DNA from: Smithella sp.
GTDB taxonomy: Bacteria; Desulfobacterota; Syntrophia; Syntrophales; Smithellaceae
Direction of reading: 5' to 3'
Length of the DNA: 51,322 nucleotides
Assembly (NCBI GenBank): GCA_039679815.1
Contig: JBDKUG010000191.1
Location: forward strand, 1 to 51,322
In this document: positions 37,797-47,658 of the stretch, piece by piece
Numbering within the stretch: the first letter of the stretch is position 1
Layout: every line of letters starts with the position of its first letter
Made by a program: the position numbers and the translations under genes
Notes under the pieces: model-generated
What the model saw: the letters and a program-made list of their open reading frames with translations, nothing else
Databases searched by the model: none
What the model was told of the DNA's origin: nothing

Positions 37797-38746
37797 CCAT
37801 GAGCCGCGAATATAAAGTCGGTCTTTTTATTGGCTGCACAGTATTCATTATTGTGACAGCCCTGCTTTATCTTGCGTTCAGTAAGGGGACTTTTGAAAGA
37901 ATACATACCTTTACCCTTTCATCACGATCCGGTGAAGGTTTTATGGAAAACATGCCGGTTGTTTTTTCCGGATTCAATATCGGGTATGTGCATACGCTGG
38001 AACTTAACGAAGAGGGAGTTGTTTTGATATATATCAAGATCCCTGACCGTCATGTAAAGTGGATTCGAGCGGACAGTTCTTTTGTTCTGTATCGTCCCCT
38101 GATCGGGTCAGCCAGAATTATAATCAATACGGATAATCTGAAAAGCCCTCCGCTCGACCCGCAAAAGATCCCGGAAGTCATCACGGTAAATGATATTAAT
38201 GATGCTATTGCGAAAATTGAACCGGTTCTGGACAGAATAACAGAAATAGCTGAAAATATTCATGTACTTACGAGCAATCTTTCCGATCCCAAAGGAGATT
38301 TTCATCGTGTGTTGGGCAATGCTGAAAAAATTACAGCCAATTTTGCATCCAAAAAATCATTGGTGGAAATGGCTGTGTCCGATAAAGAAAGTGTCGAAGC
38401 CCTGAATGAATCCCTGAAAAAACTAAAAGATATTACAAACAATATCGATCGCGTTCTTGTTAAAGTCGATAAGATAGCGGATAAAACAGACAAGGAAATT
38501 TACGGAGAGAACGGTGCCCTGCCGCAGATCAACATCATCCTCAAGGATATTGTCATCAAGTTGAAAAAACTGGATAAAACCGTTGATAATATTAACAGCA
38601 TCAGCACGGATGCGTCGCAAGGGATGAAAGATCTGCACATTCTGCGTTCCGATATTGATGACGCTGTCAAATCAATTGATGATGTCGCGAAAAAACTTGA
38701 CGCGATCATCGGCTCGAAAAAAGCTCCGGAGTTTAGAGTTCCATGA
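37793..38746 (+). CDS. mlaD: MlaD/MCE-domain protein with a long helical C-terminal region
   Basis: An N-terminal TM segment is followed by ...GLFIGCTVFIIV......F.L.S..G.G......V.FSGF.IG.V..L.L...G.V...I.I... (MCE domain). Confidence 0.8.
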   Translation: MTMSREYKVGLFIGCTVFIIVTALLYLAFSKGTFERIHTFTLSSRSGEGFMENMPVVFSGFNIGYVHTLELNEEGVVLIYIKIPDRHVKWIRADSSFVLYRPLIGSARIIINTDNLKSPPLDPQKIPEVITVNDINDAIAKIEPVLDRITEIAENIHVLTSNLSDPKGDFHRVLGNAEKITANFASKKSLVEMAVSDKESVEALNESLKKLKDITNNIDRVLVKVDKIADKTDKEIYGENGALPQINIILKDIVIKLKKLDKTVDNINSISTDASQGMKDLHILRSDIDDAVKSIDDVAKKLDAIIGSKKAPEFRVP

Positions 38747-39420
38747 AGAAAACGCTGCCAGTCATGTTTGTATTACTAATATGCGCCTGCGGGTCGCTTA
38801 TGCCGGTACCCGACTGGAAGGACAAAGCCGGCAGGTATCTGGAGGAATATACAACCGCTTTCCTGACCGGCAGAGAACTGTCCACCGATCCTCACTTTGT
38901 TAAAGCCACAAGAGAAATTGCGGCTGGTAATGATATGCGGCTTTTAGCCATTGCCTACCTTACAAAATATGCCCTGCACACTGCATCGCTCGAGCGTTTT
39001 GATGACAGTGAGTTTCTCAAAATAGAACGTCTGGAACCTGATGCTGCCGATATGGCCTACTGCCGTTTTTTACAGGGTAATTTTGCAGACGTAGATGCGG
39101 CTGCTCTGCCGTCTCGCTACGCCGGTGTACTGAAAGCCGCAGCGCGCAGGGATGTGGCGCTCGCTGCCCATGAAATTTCCGCTATGGGCGATCCGTTGTC
39201 CCGGCTGGTTGCAGCGGGTGTCTGGGTAAACCACATGCCTTTTGATGAAACAATTTTACAGACAGCCATTGACACGGCTGCTGCCAACGGCTGGCGTAGG
39301 CCGCTCTGGGCCTATTTGGAAAAATTGCATGCCTTTTATCTTGAAGGCGGGGATCAAAGTAAAGCCCGGGCCGTCAAAAACAGGCTGGAACTTTTGAAAA
39401 AGGGAAAGGATAAAAAGTGA
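38743..39420 (+). CDS. lipoprotein, hypothetical (last gene of the Mla-like operon)
   Basis: Signal peptide plus lipobox MKKTLPVMFVLLICAC. Its start overlaps the mlaD stop (ATGA). I recognise no family. Confidence 0.55.
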   Translation: MKKTLPVMFVLLICACGSLMPVPDWKDKAGRYLEEYTTAFLTGRELSTDPHFVKATREIAAGNDMRLLAIAYLTKYALHTASLERFDDSEFLKIERLEPDAADMAYCRFLQGNFADVDAAALPSRYAGVLKAAARRDVALAAHEISAMGDPLSRLVAAGVWVNHMPFDETILQTAIDTAAANGWRRPLWAYLEKLHAFYLEGGDQSKARAVKNRLELLKKGKDKK

Positions 39421-39827
39421 ATCGAGACGAAATTCTGGAATTCCTGAACGCAAATCCCGGCTGCCATCTGGCTACGATGGAAGGTGATCAGCCGCGTGTG
39501 CGCGGAATGTTCATGTACCGGGCAGATGAAAAAGGCATAATTTTTCACACCGGCGCCTTCAAGTCACTTTATTCCCAACTGCAGAACAATAAAAATGTCG
39601 AAGTTTGCTTCAACAGTCCGGATAAACAGGTGAGGGTTGCCGGCGTTGCTGAAGTATTACGTGATGAGGATTTGAAAAAAGAAATCCTTGAAGCCAGGCC
39701 CTGGTTAAAACCGTTGATGGGGCAGCAGGGTCAAGATGCTCTGATCGTGTTTCGTATAACCGCCTGCACGGTCTCCGTATGGACAATGGAAACCAACCTG
39801 GAGCGGACAACTTACGTGAGTCTATAG
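39417..39827 (+). CDS. pyridoxamine 5'-phosphate oxidase-like FMN-binding split-barrel protein
   Basis: 136-aa ORF (GTG start) with ...EILEFLNANPGCHLATMEGDQPRVRGM......GIIFHTG..K..Y.QL..N..VE.CF... Confidence 0.65.
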   Translation: MNRDEILEFLNANPGCHLATMEGDQPRVRGMFMYRADEKGIIFHTGAFKSLYSQLQNNKNVEVCFNSPDKQVRVAGVAEVLRDEDLKKEILEARPWLKPLMGQQGQDALIVFRITACTVSVWTMETNLERTTYVSL

Positions 39828-39836
39828 GAGGTCATC

Positions 39837-40394
39837 ATGAAAGCAACCCGGCAGTTAAAGGACGAGCATGAAGGCGTCCTGTTGATGCTTCGTATTTTAG
39901 GTGAAGTCAGTCGGCAACTGCAGGCCGAAGGCCATGTGGAGAATGAACATTTTGAAAGCATCCTTGAATTCCTCAAGGTCTTTGTCGATAAATGCCATCA
40001 TGGAAAAGAGGAAGAACTTTTATTTCCTGCCCTTATGCATGTCGGCATTCCCCAGGACGGGCCGATTGCTGTTATGCTTTTTGAACACGAAATGGGACGA
40101 AAATATATCCGGGTGATGACAGACGCATTTGAACGCTATAAACTGAGGGATGCATCGGCGGCTTCAGCGATTGCGGAAAACGCCAGGGATTATATCGAGC
40201 TTCTTACCGATCACATTGATAAAGAAAATAACATTCTTTTTGCCATGGCCGATGATCGGCTGGTGGAAAAAACCCAGGAAGAGTTGTTTGAGGGTTTTGA
40301 AAAAATTGAAACTGCCCGGATCGGAGCGGGGAAGCATCAGGAATTTCATGATCTGCTGCATCATTTGAGCGATATTTATTTAAAGGGGAAATAG
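39837..40394 (+). CDS. hemerythrin domain-containing protein
   Basis: 185-aa ORF with ...L..EH..........FV..CHHGKEEELLFPAL... and ...HI.KEN..LF.MA... Confidence 0.7.
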   Translation: MKATRQLKDEHEGVLLMLRILGEVSRQLQAEGHVENEHFESILEFLKVFVDKCHHGKEEELLFPALMHVGIPQDGPIAVMLFEHEMGRKYIRVMTDAFERYKLRDASAASAIAENARDYIELLTDHIDKENNILFAMADDRLVEKTQEELFEGFEKIETARIGAGKHQEFHDLLHHLSDIYLKGK

Positions 40395-40705
40395 TACATC
40401 GTGTAAGTAGGCATAGGGACGGCAAATGCCTATCGCAAAGCGCCACCCGGCGCTATGGCCGCATCCAGGGGCAGCGTTATGACCTCTTTGCACAAAGGCA
40501 TGGTTCGCACCATGAATATGGCCCGGTGTTGCTCAGCTATGCGCAAGAATTCATCGAATTTTACCATGGGGAGAAATGACATACCGTCCTTAAGAGGATG
40601 CCTGTTTTCCCGTCAGTGATGAACATGCCGGCGGTACCCAGCCAGGTCATACGCACACTGCCCTGCCGCAGGCCGTTTGTATCCAGAAGCAGGCTCTCAT
40701 AATGA

Positions 40706-42448
40706 TTATTTGGTGTCACTGTCTCCGCCTGCGAATTTTCCTTCCGCTTTCAATTTTTTGATTTCCTCCTCTTCAAGAACTTTGAACGCTATCTTGCCGA
40801 CAAGGGTCTTCGGCAGCTCTTTCACGAACTCCACCTCTCTCGGACAGCTCCATTTGATCAGGTCTTTCTGGGCGTGGTTAATTATCTCTTTTTCCATCTC
40901 CGGACAGGCTTTGGAAGGGTCTTTTAGAACGACGAACGCTTTTACCTTTTCCACCTGCTGAATATCCGGCACTCCAATGACACAAACTTCGGCCACATCG
41001 GGGTGAGTATAGATCTGATCTTCGACCTGAGCCGGATATACGTTCATTCCGGAAGATTTGATCATCCGTTTTTCTCTTAATTTAAAATAGAAGAAACCGT
41101 CCTGGTCCATATAACCGATATCTCCTGTATGGAGCCATGATCTTCCGTCCGCGTGTTTTTTTATGGTCTTCGCTGTCTCTTCAGGCTCGTCGAGATAACC
41201 CATCATGACAGCCGGACCCTCAACGCATATTTCCCCTTCTTGTCCGGGTTCGGCTTCCTCAATCGTATCTTTTTTAACAATTTTTGCACGCATGTCGGGG
41301 AAAGGCACACCGATGCTGTTTTCACGATATTCATTGAGTGGCATCGCCATGATCGCGGTTACCGCTTCCGTCAATCCATAGCCTTCGAGGAGTTTAACTT
41401 TTCCTCCTCTTGCCTTGACAATGTCTTCAAATTCCTGCTTGACCTTCCTGGGAAGAGTATCCGCTCCGCTGAAAGCGGCTTTGAAGCAGCCCAGATTCGC
41501 TTTCTGAAAATTTTCATTTTTATTCAAAGCGGCATAGAGGGTCGGGGGGCCGATCAGGTAATTGGGTTCTTTCTGCTTAATTAATTTTGCAACATTGTTC
41601 GGTTCAAATATCGGGACCATGATGCATCTCCCGCCTGCCATCAAAACGGCGTTTATGCATACCCCGAGTCCGAATCCGTGGAAGATCGGGAGTACGGCCA
41701 GCATCTTTGGATACTTTCTGTCGATGCCGCCCCATTGAGCGACCATTTGCCCTTCCGCAATAAAGTTGTAGTTGGAAAGCATGATCCCTTTCGGTTTGCC
41801 GGTCGTTCCCCCGCTGTAGAGGATTACTGCAAGCTCTTCTGCTTTGACATCAATCTTTGGATGTTCAGGGTATTTCGTTGTCATCATGGTCGACATTAAA
41901 ATTACTTTATCCGTGTTTGTAACTTTCGGATTCTTCCTTCCCTGTTTGAGCCAGTACAGGATTTTCAGATAGGACGGGAGATAGTCGGGTATTTTGGCGA
42001 TAATCAGTTTTTCAAAACCGGTTTTTTTCTGAACGGCAATCAATTTATCATAAAAAATATCAAGGGTGAGGACCATGCGGCTTTTACTTTTTGTCACGTA
42101 AAATTCAATTTCGCTCTGGGTCGATAAAGGGTGGATCATGCTCGCGATGACCCCGATTTTATTTGCGGCATAAAAGGCGATAACCCCCTGGGGGGATGTG
42201 GGCATCGATATGGTGATCGTATCGCCTTTTCTCAATCCAATTCCGTAAAGCGCTCCGGCGAACTGATCAATATCCGTTATGAAATTTTTGTAAGTCCTGC
42301 AGGTTCCCATGAAATCGTATGCGATCTCATCCGGATATTCGTCCGCAGTTCTTCTCACGCATTCATACATGCTGATTTTCGGATAATCGATGCTCGCCGG
42401 CACATAATCGTAAAACTTCAACCATGGTTTGCTTTCTGATATTGACAT
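40706..42448 (-). CDS. long-chain-fatty-acid--CoA ligase / AMP-dependent acyl-CoA synthetase
   Basis: Contains ...ILYSGGTTGKPKGIMLSNYN... (AMP-binding motif), ...GYGLTE..., ...WLHTGDIGYMD.DGFFY...R.K..IK.SG..V.P..VE... The ATG at 42448 has a GAGGTG RBS. Confidence 0.88.
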   Translation of the reverse strand: MSISESKPWLKFYDYVPASIDYPKISMYECVRRTADEYPDEIAYDFMGTCRTYKNFITDIDQFAGALYGIGLRKGDTITISMPTSPQGVIAFYAANKIGVIASMIHPLSTQSEIEFYVTKSKSRMVLTLDIFYDKLIAVQKKTGFEKLIIAKIPDYLPSYLKILYWLKQGRKNPKVTNTDKVILMSTMMTTKYPEHPKIDVKAEELAVILYSGGTTGKPKGIMLSNYNFIAEGQMVAQWGGIDRKYPKMLAVLPIFHGFGLGVCINAVLMAGGRCIMVPIFEPNNVAKLIKQKEPNYLIGPPTLYAALNKNENFQKANLGCFKAAFSGADTLPRKVKQEFEDIVKARGGKVKLLEGYGLTEAVTAIMAMPLNEYRENSIGVPFPDMRAKIVKKDTIEEAEPGQEGEICVEGPAVMMGYLDEPEETAKTIKKHADGRSWLHTGDIGYMDQDGFFYFKLREKRMIKSSGMNVYPAQVEDQIYTHPDVAEVCVIGVPDIQQVEKVKAFVVLKDPSKACPEMEKEIINHAQKDLIKWSCPREVEFVKELPKTLVGKIAFKVLEEEEIKKLKAEGKFAGGDSDTK

Positions 42449-42639
42449 ATCTTCACCTCGGCTTTCATGAATTCGATCATTTGGCGTATGATACAACATT
42501 CAAACCAGGAATGCATACAAATTTATTCATTTTTTATATGAATCCGTAAGTATATTCTTGCAATATTCTGTTTTCTCAATATAAAATATAATCAATTATA
42601 CCGGCAATTTCAGATCATATGAAATGGAGCTATTTATTC

Positions 42640-44199
42640 ATGGAGAATGCTTTCACCAAAATGACCAGAAGGCAATTACTGCAAACAGCGGCGGCAACCA
42701 CCTTAGTGTTGGGAACGTCGAATATAAGCGGTTGCTCATCCATTCCCAAGTATCAACCTTCGGGAAGTGCTAAAGGCAAAGCACTTTATCTCACGCATAG
42801 CGATGTTGTTGATGTTGCCCATGGCGTAATTCTTCATGACCGGACGATTGCCATCCGGAACGGCATCATTGAAGCAATTTACAATCAGCTTCCTTCCATG
42901 CGGGAAGGCGATATGATTCTGGATTTGAAAAATAAATTCGTCATCCCCGGCTTAATTGACGCGCATTGCCATGCAACCATGCCCGGTGAATCAGCGTTCA
43001 ATCCTTTGGGCGTTTTGACAACAATGAATCAACTGAAAAGAAATTACGTTCAGCAGATCAAACATGGCGTAACCACCGTCCGCGACATGGGTGCGATGCC
43101 GAAAATACTGCATGACTTTATCGCGCAAATCAAAAAAGGTGAACTCACCGGTCCGCGCGTTGTTTACTGCAATTCTTTCACCAATGTATACCGCGGCCAT
43201 CCTTCCATTGATCCCGCGGACGTCAGTATTTTTCTGCCGATGGGTGCGGCGCTGACCGGCGATATGAATTTATGGTTCAAAGACACTAAAGAACTGGCAG
43301 ATAAGATGCATCAAAACAGCTCCCGGGGTGCCTCATTTATTAAGTTGACCATGGACAAAAAATCCTGCCTGGCCGGGAAGTCCGAGATTCCTGTGTACGC
43401 GGATGAACACTTAAACATGATATTTGACTTTGCGCAAAAAAACAATCTGGCGACCTCCGGACATGTTCATACGAAATTCGGGTTTGACCGCGCCCTGCAA
43501 TATGGCATCGGCTCGATGGAACATTCCATCGCCGATGCGGTGCTGACCGAAAAGGACGTAGCTGCCATGGCCAGAAAGAAGATCGCCATTGTTCCAACTA
43601 TGATTATCGGGCAGATGCTTGCCGCACCGGAAGCCTATGATGAACTGCCCCAAAAATACCGCACCGATTTCATTGACCGGGAAATGAAGCTCCGGCAAGA
43701 ATACATCAACTCTTTATTGGATGATTACACGGAAAGATCCATTCATGAACGTAATATCGCTTATCTGAAAACCTATCGAAAATACGGTTTGGATAACTTG
43801 TACCAAAAAGGCAAGTATATGGCCAATCCGGAAATCTATTTCAATATTCTAAATGTTGGACCCGGTAATTTAATGGCAATGAAAGATCAAGGCATTTTGA
43901 TTGGCTGCGGTACGGATGCCGGGGTTCCTCTAGCTTATCACGGGACATTGTGGCGTGAAATGGAGATGCTGGGACGCATCGGATTTACAAACGCCGAAGT
44001 CCTGCAATGTGCCACGATCAACAATGCGAGAATCATCGGAATGGCCGATAAGATCGGTTCTGTGGAGGCAGGGAAATACGCTGATCTGACGATTCTGCAG
44101 GAAAATCCTCTGAAAAAAATCGAGACGTGCCGCAACCCGCAGATGGTCATCAAAAACGGTGAGATTTACGATGTCGGCAAAATTAGATTTAACATGTAA
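42640..44199 (+). CDS. exported amidohydrolase-family metallohydrolase (Tat-like signal plus lipobox)
   Basis: Contains ...MTRRQLLQTAAATTLVLGTSNISGCSS... followed by ...PGLIDAHCHA... and ...GCGTDAGV... Alternative starts lie at 42619 and 42661. Confidence 0.8.
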   Translation: MENAFTKMTRRQLLQTAAATTLVLGTSNISGCSSIPKYQPSGSAKGKALYLTHSDVVDVAHGVILHDRTIAIRNGIIEAIYNQLPSMREGDMILDLKNKFVIPGLIDAHCHATMPGESAFNPLGVLTTMNQLKRNYVQQIKHGVTTVRDMGAMPKILHDFIAQIKKGELTGPRVVYCNSFTNVYRGHPSIDPADVSIFLPMGAALTGDMNLWFKDTKELADKMHQNSSRGASFIKLTMDKKSCLAGKSEIPVYADEHLNMIFDFAQKNNLATSGHVHTKFGFDRALQYGIGSMEHSIADAVLTEKDVAAMARKKIAIVPTMIIGQMLAAPEAYDELPQKYRTDFIDREMKLRQEYINSLLDDYTERSIHERNIAYLKTYRKYGLDNLYQKGKYMANPEIYFNILNVGPGNLMAMKDQGILIGCGTDAGVPLAYHGTLWREMEMLGRIGFTNAEVLQCATINNARIIGMADKIGSVEAGKYADLTILQENPLKKIETCRNPQMVIKNGEIYDVGKIRFNM

Positions 44200-44655
44200 C
44201 AACGCCGCACTCTTTTCCGCTTTGCCGCAGGCTGCAATCATCAAGACAGCAACCAACAGGATGACTCCTATGCACAAAAGCTTCATCAGCCATGTCACAG
44301 GCCGATTCGACAGAACCGGAAAACAACACCAGCTTGGGCTCTTCATATGTCCGTCCGGCTTGCTGAAATGTTTCGTTCCACACATCTTCGGTTTCGGCCA
44401 GCACGACGGCAACAAAATTGCGCATGTCATCATTGGGGGGGGAGATGTCGTCTGTTCTGTGGACACAGAGGAGGATTGCGTGCTCTGTCCGACGACCTGC
44501 AAAAGGGCAGTCGGATCGACGCCGAGAAACATGCTGATGACCACAACCGCTACAAGGCCGAGGCCGCCTATGCTGCCGACTTTTACGCCGCGGGAAACCG
44601 ACATTCCTCTGCGGTCTTCAACATTGTCGCTTTGCCGTTCGCCTCGCCAGCGCAT
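44200..44655 (-). pseudogene. ypfJ-like putative zinc metallopeptidase, frameshifted and 3'-truncated
   Basis: The N-terminus MRWRGERQSDNVEDRRG...FLGVDP... runs into a C8 tract (G8 on +, 44435-44442). Homology then continues in another frame (...FVAVVLAETEDVWNETFQQAGRTYEEPKLVLFSGSVESAC...). It stops well short of the HExxH region expected in this family. Confidence 0.6.
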
Positions 44656-44664
44656 TGCAACCTC

Positions 44665-46563
44665 CTAGTCTTCTGGTTTCAAATCAGCCGTCATTTCCTG
44701 CTTCTTCAGCATAATCAGCACAGCTGAGATCGCGCCTTCGGTCATGCCGGGGATTCGCTCCATCTGGCCGATAGTGGCGGGTGCGATACGGGTGAGCTTG
44801 GTCTTGAGTTCATTGGAAAGGCCCGGAACCTCGGAGTAATCGAAATCCGGGGGAATCTTCTTTTTTTCCAGGTCCTTCAGCTTTTTTGTTGCTTCGAACT
44901 GGCGCTTGATATAGCCTTCGTACTTGGTTTCGATTTCTATCTGTTTTTTGACAAAAGGATCAGGCTCGGATTCCCATCCGGGAAAACCGCTCAAATCATC
45001 ATAAGCAATTTCATGCCTTTTCAGAAGGTTATACAGATTCGTAGCCTGGGTAATCGGCGGCGAAGATAATGCATTGAGCTTTTCATTGATTTGAGCCGAG
45101 GGTTTGACGGACGAAATCTTTAGGTGCGTGATGCCCTGATCGATTTTCTTCATTTGATCCTGAAGATCCAGATAATACGCCCGGTCGATCAAACCCAGTT
45201 CACAGCCCTTAGCCATCAGGCGGATGACGGCGTTATCTTCCCTCAGAATCAGGCGATATTCAGCGCGTGAGGTAAACATCCGGTAGGGTTCATCCACGCC
45301 CCGCGTGACCAGGTCATCAATCATTACCGCCATGTATGCTTCAGAACGATCCAACACAAAAGGCGGACCTTCCTGCAGGGCGCGAACGGCGTTGATTCCC
45401 GCCCAGATCCCCTGTGCAGCCGCTTCTTCGTAACCGGATGTGCCGTTGATTTGACCGGCCAGATACAGGCCGGATACTAATTTTGTCTCCAGCGTCAGCT
45501 TGAGCTGGCTGGGCTGAACAAAATCATATTCGATGGCATAGGCAGGCCGCATGATCTCTGCCTGTTCCAGGCCCCTGACGCTGTGGACAATCTGATATTG
45601 GAGTTCCAGCGGCAGGGAGTTGCCCAGACCCTTGGCGTAAACTTCCTGGGTTTCGAGGCCCTCATGTTCCAGGACCACAGGGTGACTCAGACGGTCGCCA
45701 AAGCGCATGACTTTGTCTTCCAGAGATGGACAGTAGCGGGCGCCGACTCCTTTAATAGCGCCGGAATAAAGCGGAGAATGCTGAATGTTGTTTCGGATCA
45801 CCCTGTGCGTTTCCGGAGATGTCGCTGAAAAATATGAAGGCAGACGCTCCGGCCGCAAATTTCTGGTAGCAAAGGAAAAAGGTTCCGGCGCGGGATCACT
45901 ATCCTGCCGCTCCAGGCAGGAAAAATCAATAGATGAGGCGCGCAGCCTGGGCGGTGTTCCGGTTTTCATCCGTCCCATTTCAAAGCCGAGGCTTTTGAGA
46001 TGGTTGGCAAGGCCTTCCGATGCCAGCTCTCCCGCGCGTCCCGACGGGGTTTGTGACGAACCGATGTGAACCAGCCCGTTCAGAAAAGTTCCCGTGGTGA
46101 TAATGACTTTTTTTGCACCATAGAAATAGCCGCTGCTGTCCCTTGCACCTTTGACTGTGCCGTCTTCGATGACAAGGTTTTCCACCATGGCCTGGCGCAG
46201 GTGAAGATTTTGCTGATTTTCCACAGTGGCTTTCATGGCCAGGCGGTAGAGCTGTTTATCGCACTGCATTCTCGTCGATTGAACCGCAGGTCCCTTGGAA
46301 GCGTTCAACAATCGGAAATGCACGGCGGTTTTGTCTGTCACCCTGCCCATTTCACCGCCAAGAGCATCAATTTCCTTTACAAGCTGGCTTTTAGCCAGAC
46401 CGCCGATGGCCGGATTGCAGGACATGAGTGCTATGGAATCGAGATTGATGTTGAACAGCAGCGTCCGGCAACCCATGCGCGCCGCGGCAAGCGCAGCCTC
46501 GCAGCCGGCATGCCCGCCGCCGATAACCAGAATGTCGTATTGATCTGACACGTCTTTCTCCAC
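44665..46563 (-). CDS. mnmG: tRNA uridine 5-carboxymethylaminomethyl modification enzyme MnmG (GidA)
   Basis: 632-aa ORF with ...[26 protein letters not shown]......I...[19 protein letters not shown]... Confidence 0.95.
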   Translation of the reverse strand: MEKDVSDQYDILVIGGGHAGCEAALAAARMGCRTLLFNINLDSIALMSCNPAIGGLAKSQLVKEIDALGGEMGRVTDKTAVHFRLLNASKGPAVQSTRMQCDKQLYRLAMKATVENQQNLHLRQAMVENLVIEDGTVKGARDSSGYFYGAKKVIITTGTFLNGLVHIGSSQTPSGRAGELASEGLANHLKSLGFEMGRMKTGTPPRLRASSIDFSCLERQDSDPAPEPFSFATRNLRPERLPSYFSATSPETHRVIRNNIQHSPLYSGAIKGVGARYCPSLEDKVMRFGDRLSHPVVLEHEGLETQEVYAKGLGNSLPLELQYQIVHSVRGLEQAEIMRPAYAIEYDFVQPSQLKLTLETKLVSGLYLAGQINGTSGYEEAAAQGIWAGINAVRALQEGPPFVLDRSEAYMAVMIDDLVTRGVDEPYRMFTSRAEYRLILREDNAVIRLMAKGCELGLIDRAYYLDLQDQMKKIDQGITHLKISSVKPSAQINEKLNALSSPPITQATNLYNLLKRHEIAYDDLSGFPGWESEPDPFVKKQIEIETKYEGYIKRQFEATKKLKDLEKKKIPPDFDYSEVPGLSNELKTKLTRIAPATIGQMERIPGMTEGAISAVLIMLKKQEMTADLKPED

Positions 46564-46637
46564 AACCTATTGCTTGCACTTGTTCTGTTTTAATAGTATT
46601 CCGGCTCAAAAAACACAACACAAAAAAAGAGGCGACT

Positions 46638-47567
46638 TTGGCCAAACCGGATTTCTGGAAAAACAATAAACGGTATTACGATCTGAAAAATTACTGGCGC
46701 AACCTGTTTGGCTGCACCGTCCACAAGCTCCAGATCGATGCGGGATTTACCTGTCCCAACCGCGACGGGTATGTGGCCACCGGAGGCTGCATTTACTGCG
46801 ACGGCCGCGGCTCGAAGCTGCGTCAACAGGGGCCGTTGCCCTCCGTAACCGATCAGATTCTTTCCGGCAAAAAATATTATTCACCGTCCGCCTCCAAATT
46901 TATCGCTTATTTCCAGACCTTTACCAATACGTACGCGCCCGTGGAGAAATTGAAGGCGCTTTATGATGAAGCACTGGCGCAGGAGAATGTGATCGGCCTG
47001 TCCATCGGCACAAGGCCGGACTGCCTCCCGCCGGAAGTTATCGACCTGCTGGCAGGCTATGCGCAAAAATATCACGTTTGGGTCGAACTTGGCCTGCAGT
47101 CCGTACACGACAAAACTTTGAAAGTTATCAACCGGGGCCATACCTGTCAGCAATTTCTGGACGCAGTCAACAACCTGTCCGGAAGAGGCCTGAACATTTG
47201 TGTACATATTATTATAGGGCTGCCGGGCGAAAGTGACAAAGATGTATTAGTTACTGCAAAAACCCTGGCTGCTTTGCCGGTGAACGGCATTAAAATACAC
47301 ACTCTTCTGGCGCTGGACGGTACGTTGATGGGAGAGATGTATAAAAAAGGATCAATTCCTATAATCAGCAAGGGAAAATACGTGGCGCTGACAGTGGATG
47401 TTCTTGAACTCCTGCCGCAGGACTTTGTTATTCAGCGCCTGACTGCCGATGGATACCGTGATATCTTTCTTGCCCCTGCCTGGGCGGCCAACAAACTGGA
47501 TGTGCTCAATGCCATTCATAAGGAATTGGAAAGACGGAACAGTTATCAGAGCATGCACTATAAGTAA
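46638..47567 (+). CDS. TIGR01212-family radical SAM protein (YhcC-like)
   Basis: 309-aa ORF (TTG start) with ...YYDLKNYWRNLFGCTVHKLQIDAGFTCPNRDG....GGCIYC... Confidence 0.8.
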   Translation: MAKPDFWKNNKRYYDLKNYWRNLFGCTVHKLQIDAGFTCPNRDGYVATGGCIYCDGRGSKLRQQGPLPSVTDQILSGKKYYSPSASKFIAYFQTFTNTYAPVEKLKALYDEALAQENVIGLSIGTRPDCLPPEVIDLLAGYAQKYHVWVELGLQSVHDKTLKVINRGHTCQQFLDAVNNLSGRGLNICVHIIIGLPGESDKDVLVTAKTLAALPVNGIKIHTLLALDGTLMGEMYKKGSIPIISKGKYVALTVDVLELLPQDFVIQRLTADGYRDIFLAPAWAANKLDVLNAIHKELERRNSYQSMHYK

Positions 47568-47597
47568 AAACGCGAATTCGGGACGGTAAAATGGTCC

Positions 47598-47653
47598 CTT
47601 CGACAGGCTCAGGGACCGAATAATAATGGAGACGGTAGCTGAGCTTGTCGAAG
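47598..47653. repeat. long palindromic repeat with variable centre, copy 1
   Basis: Arms CTTCGACAGGCTCAG (47598-47612) and CTGAGCTTGTCGAAG (47639-47653) pair at 14 of 15 positions plus one G-T. The same arms and the GGGACCG..ATAAT.GAGA.GG core recur at 48942-49016. Confidence 0.6.
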
Positions 47654-47658
47654 CTCCC

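Noticed and set aside
40440-40652. Possible gene remnants in the hemerythrin/acyl-CoA-ligase gap
   Set aside because: Two fragments are visible. A + strand fragment ends ...LLSYAQEFIEFYHGEK, which is reminiscent of the C-terminal end of rve-type transposases. A minus-strand 29-codon ORF, MTWLGTAGMFITDGKTGILL..., is reminiscent of MBL-fold N-termini. Each match is only ~15-20 residues and recalled from memory. The two fragments also overlap convergently. This is too weak to annotate; TBLASTX would settle it.
41936-41950. 11-nt match (CTGTTTGAGCC) to the conserved loop of the nested-hairpin element inside the acyl-CoA ligase gene
   Set aside because: There are no flanking stems or further similarity, and it lies in-frame within a well-conserved coding region. 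I treat it as a chance match.
43930-44655. 241-aa ORF taken as one intact gene
   Set aside because: It is a chimera. The ypfJ-like N-terminus is followed by out-of-frame sequence after a C8 tract, then an orphan signal peptide, then 270 nt antisense to the amidohydrolase gene. I called it a pseudogene remnant instead.
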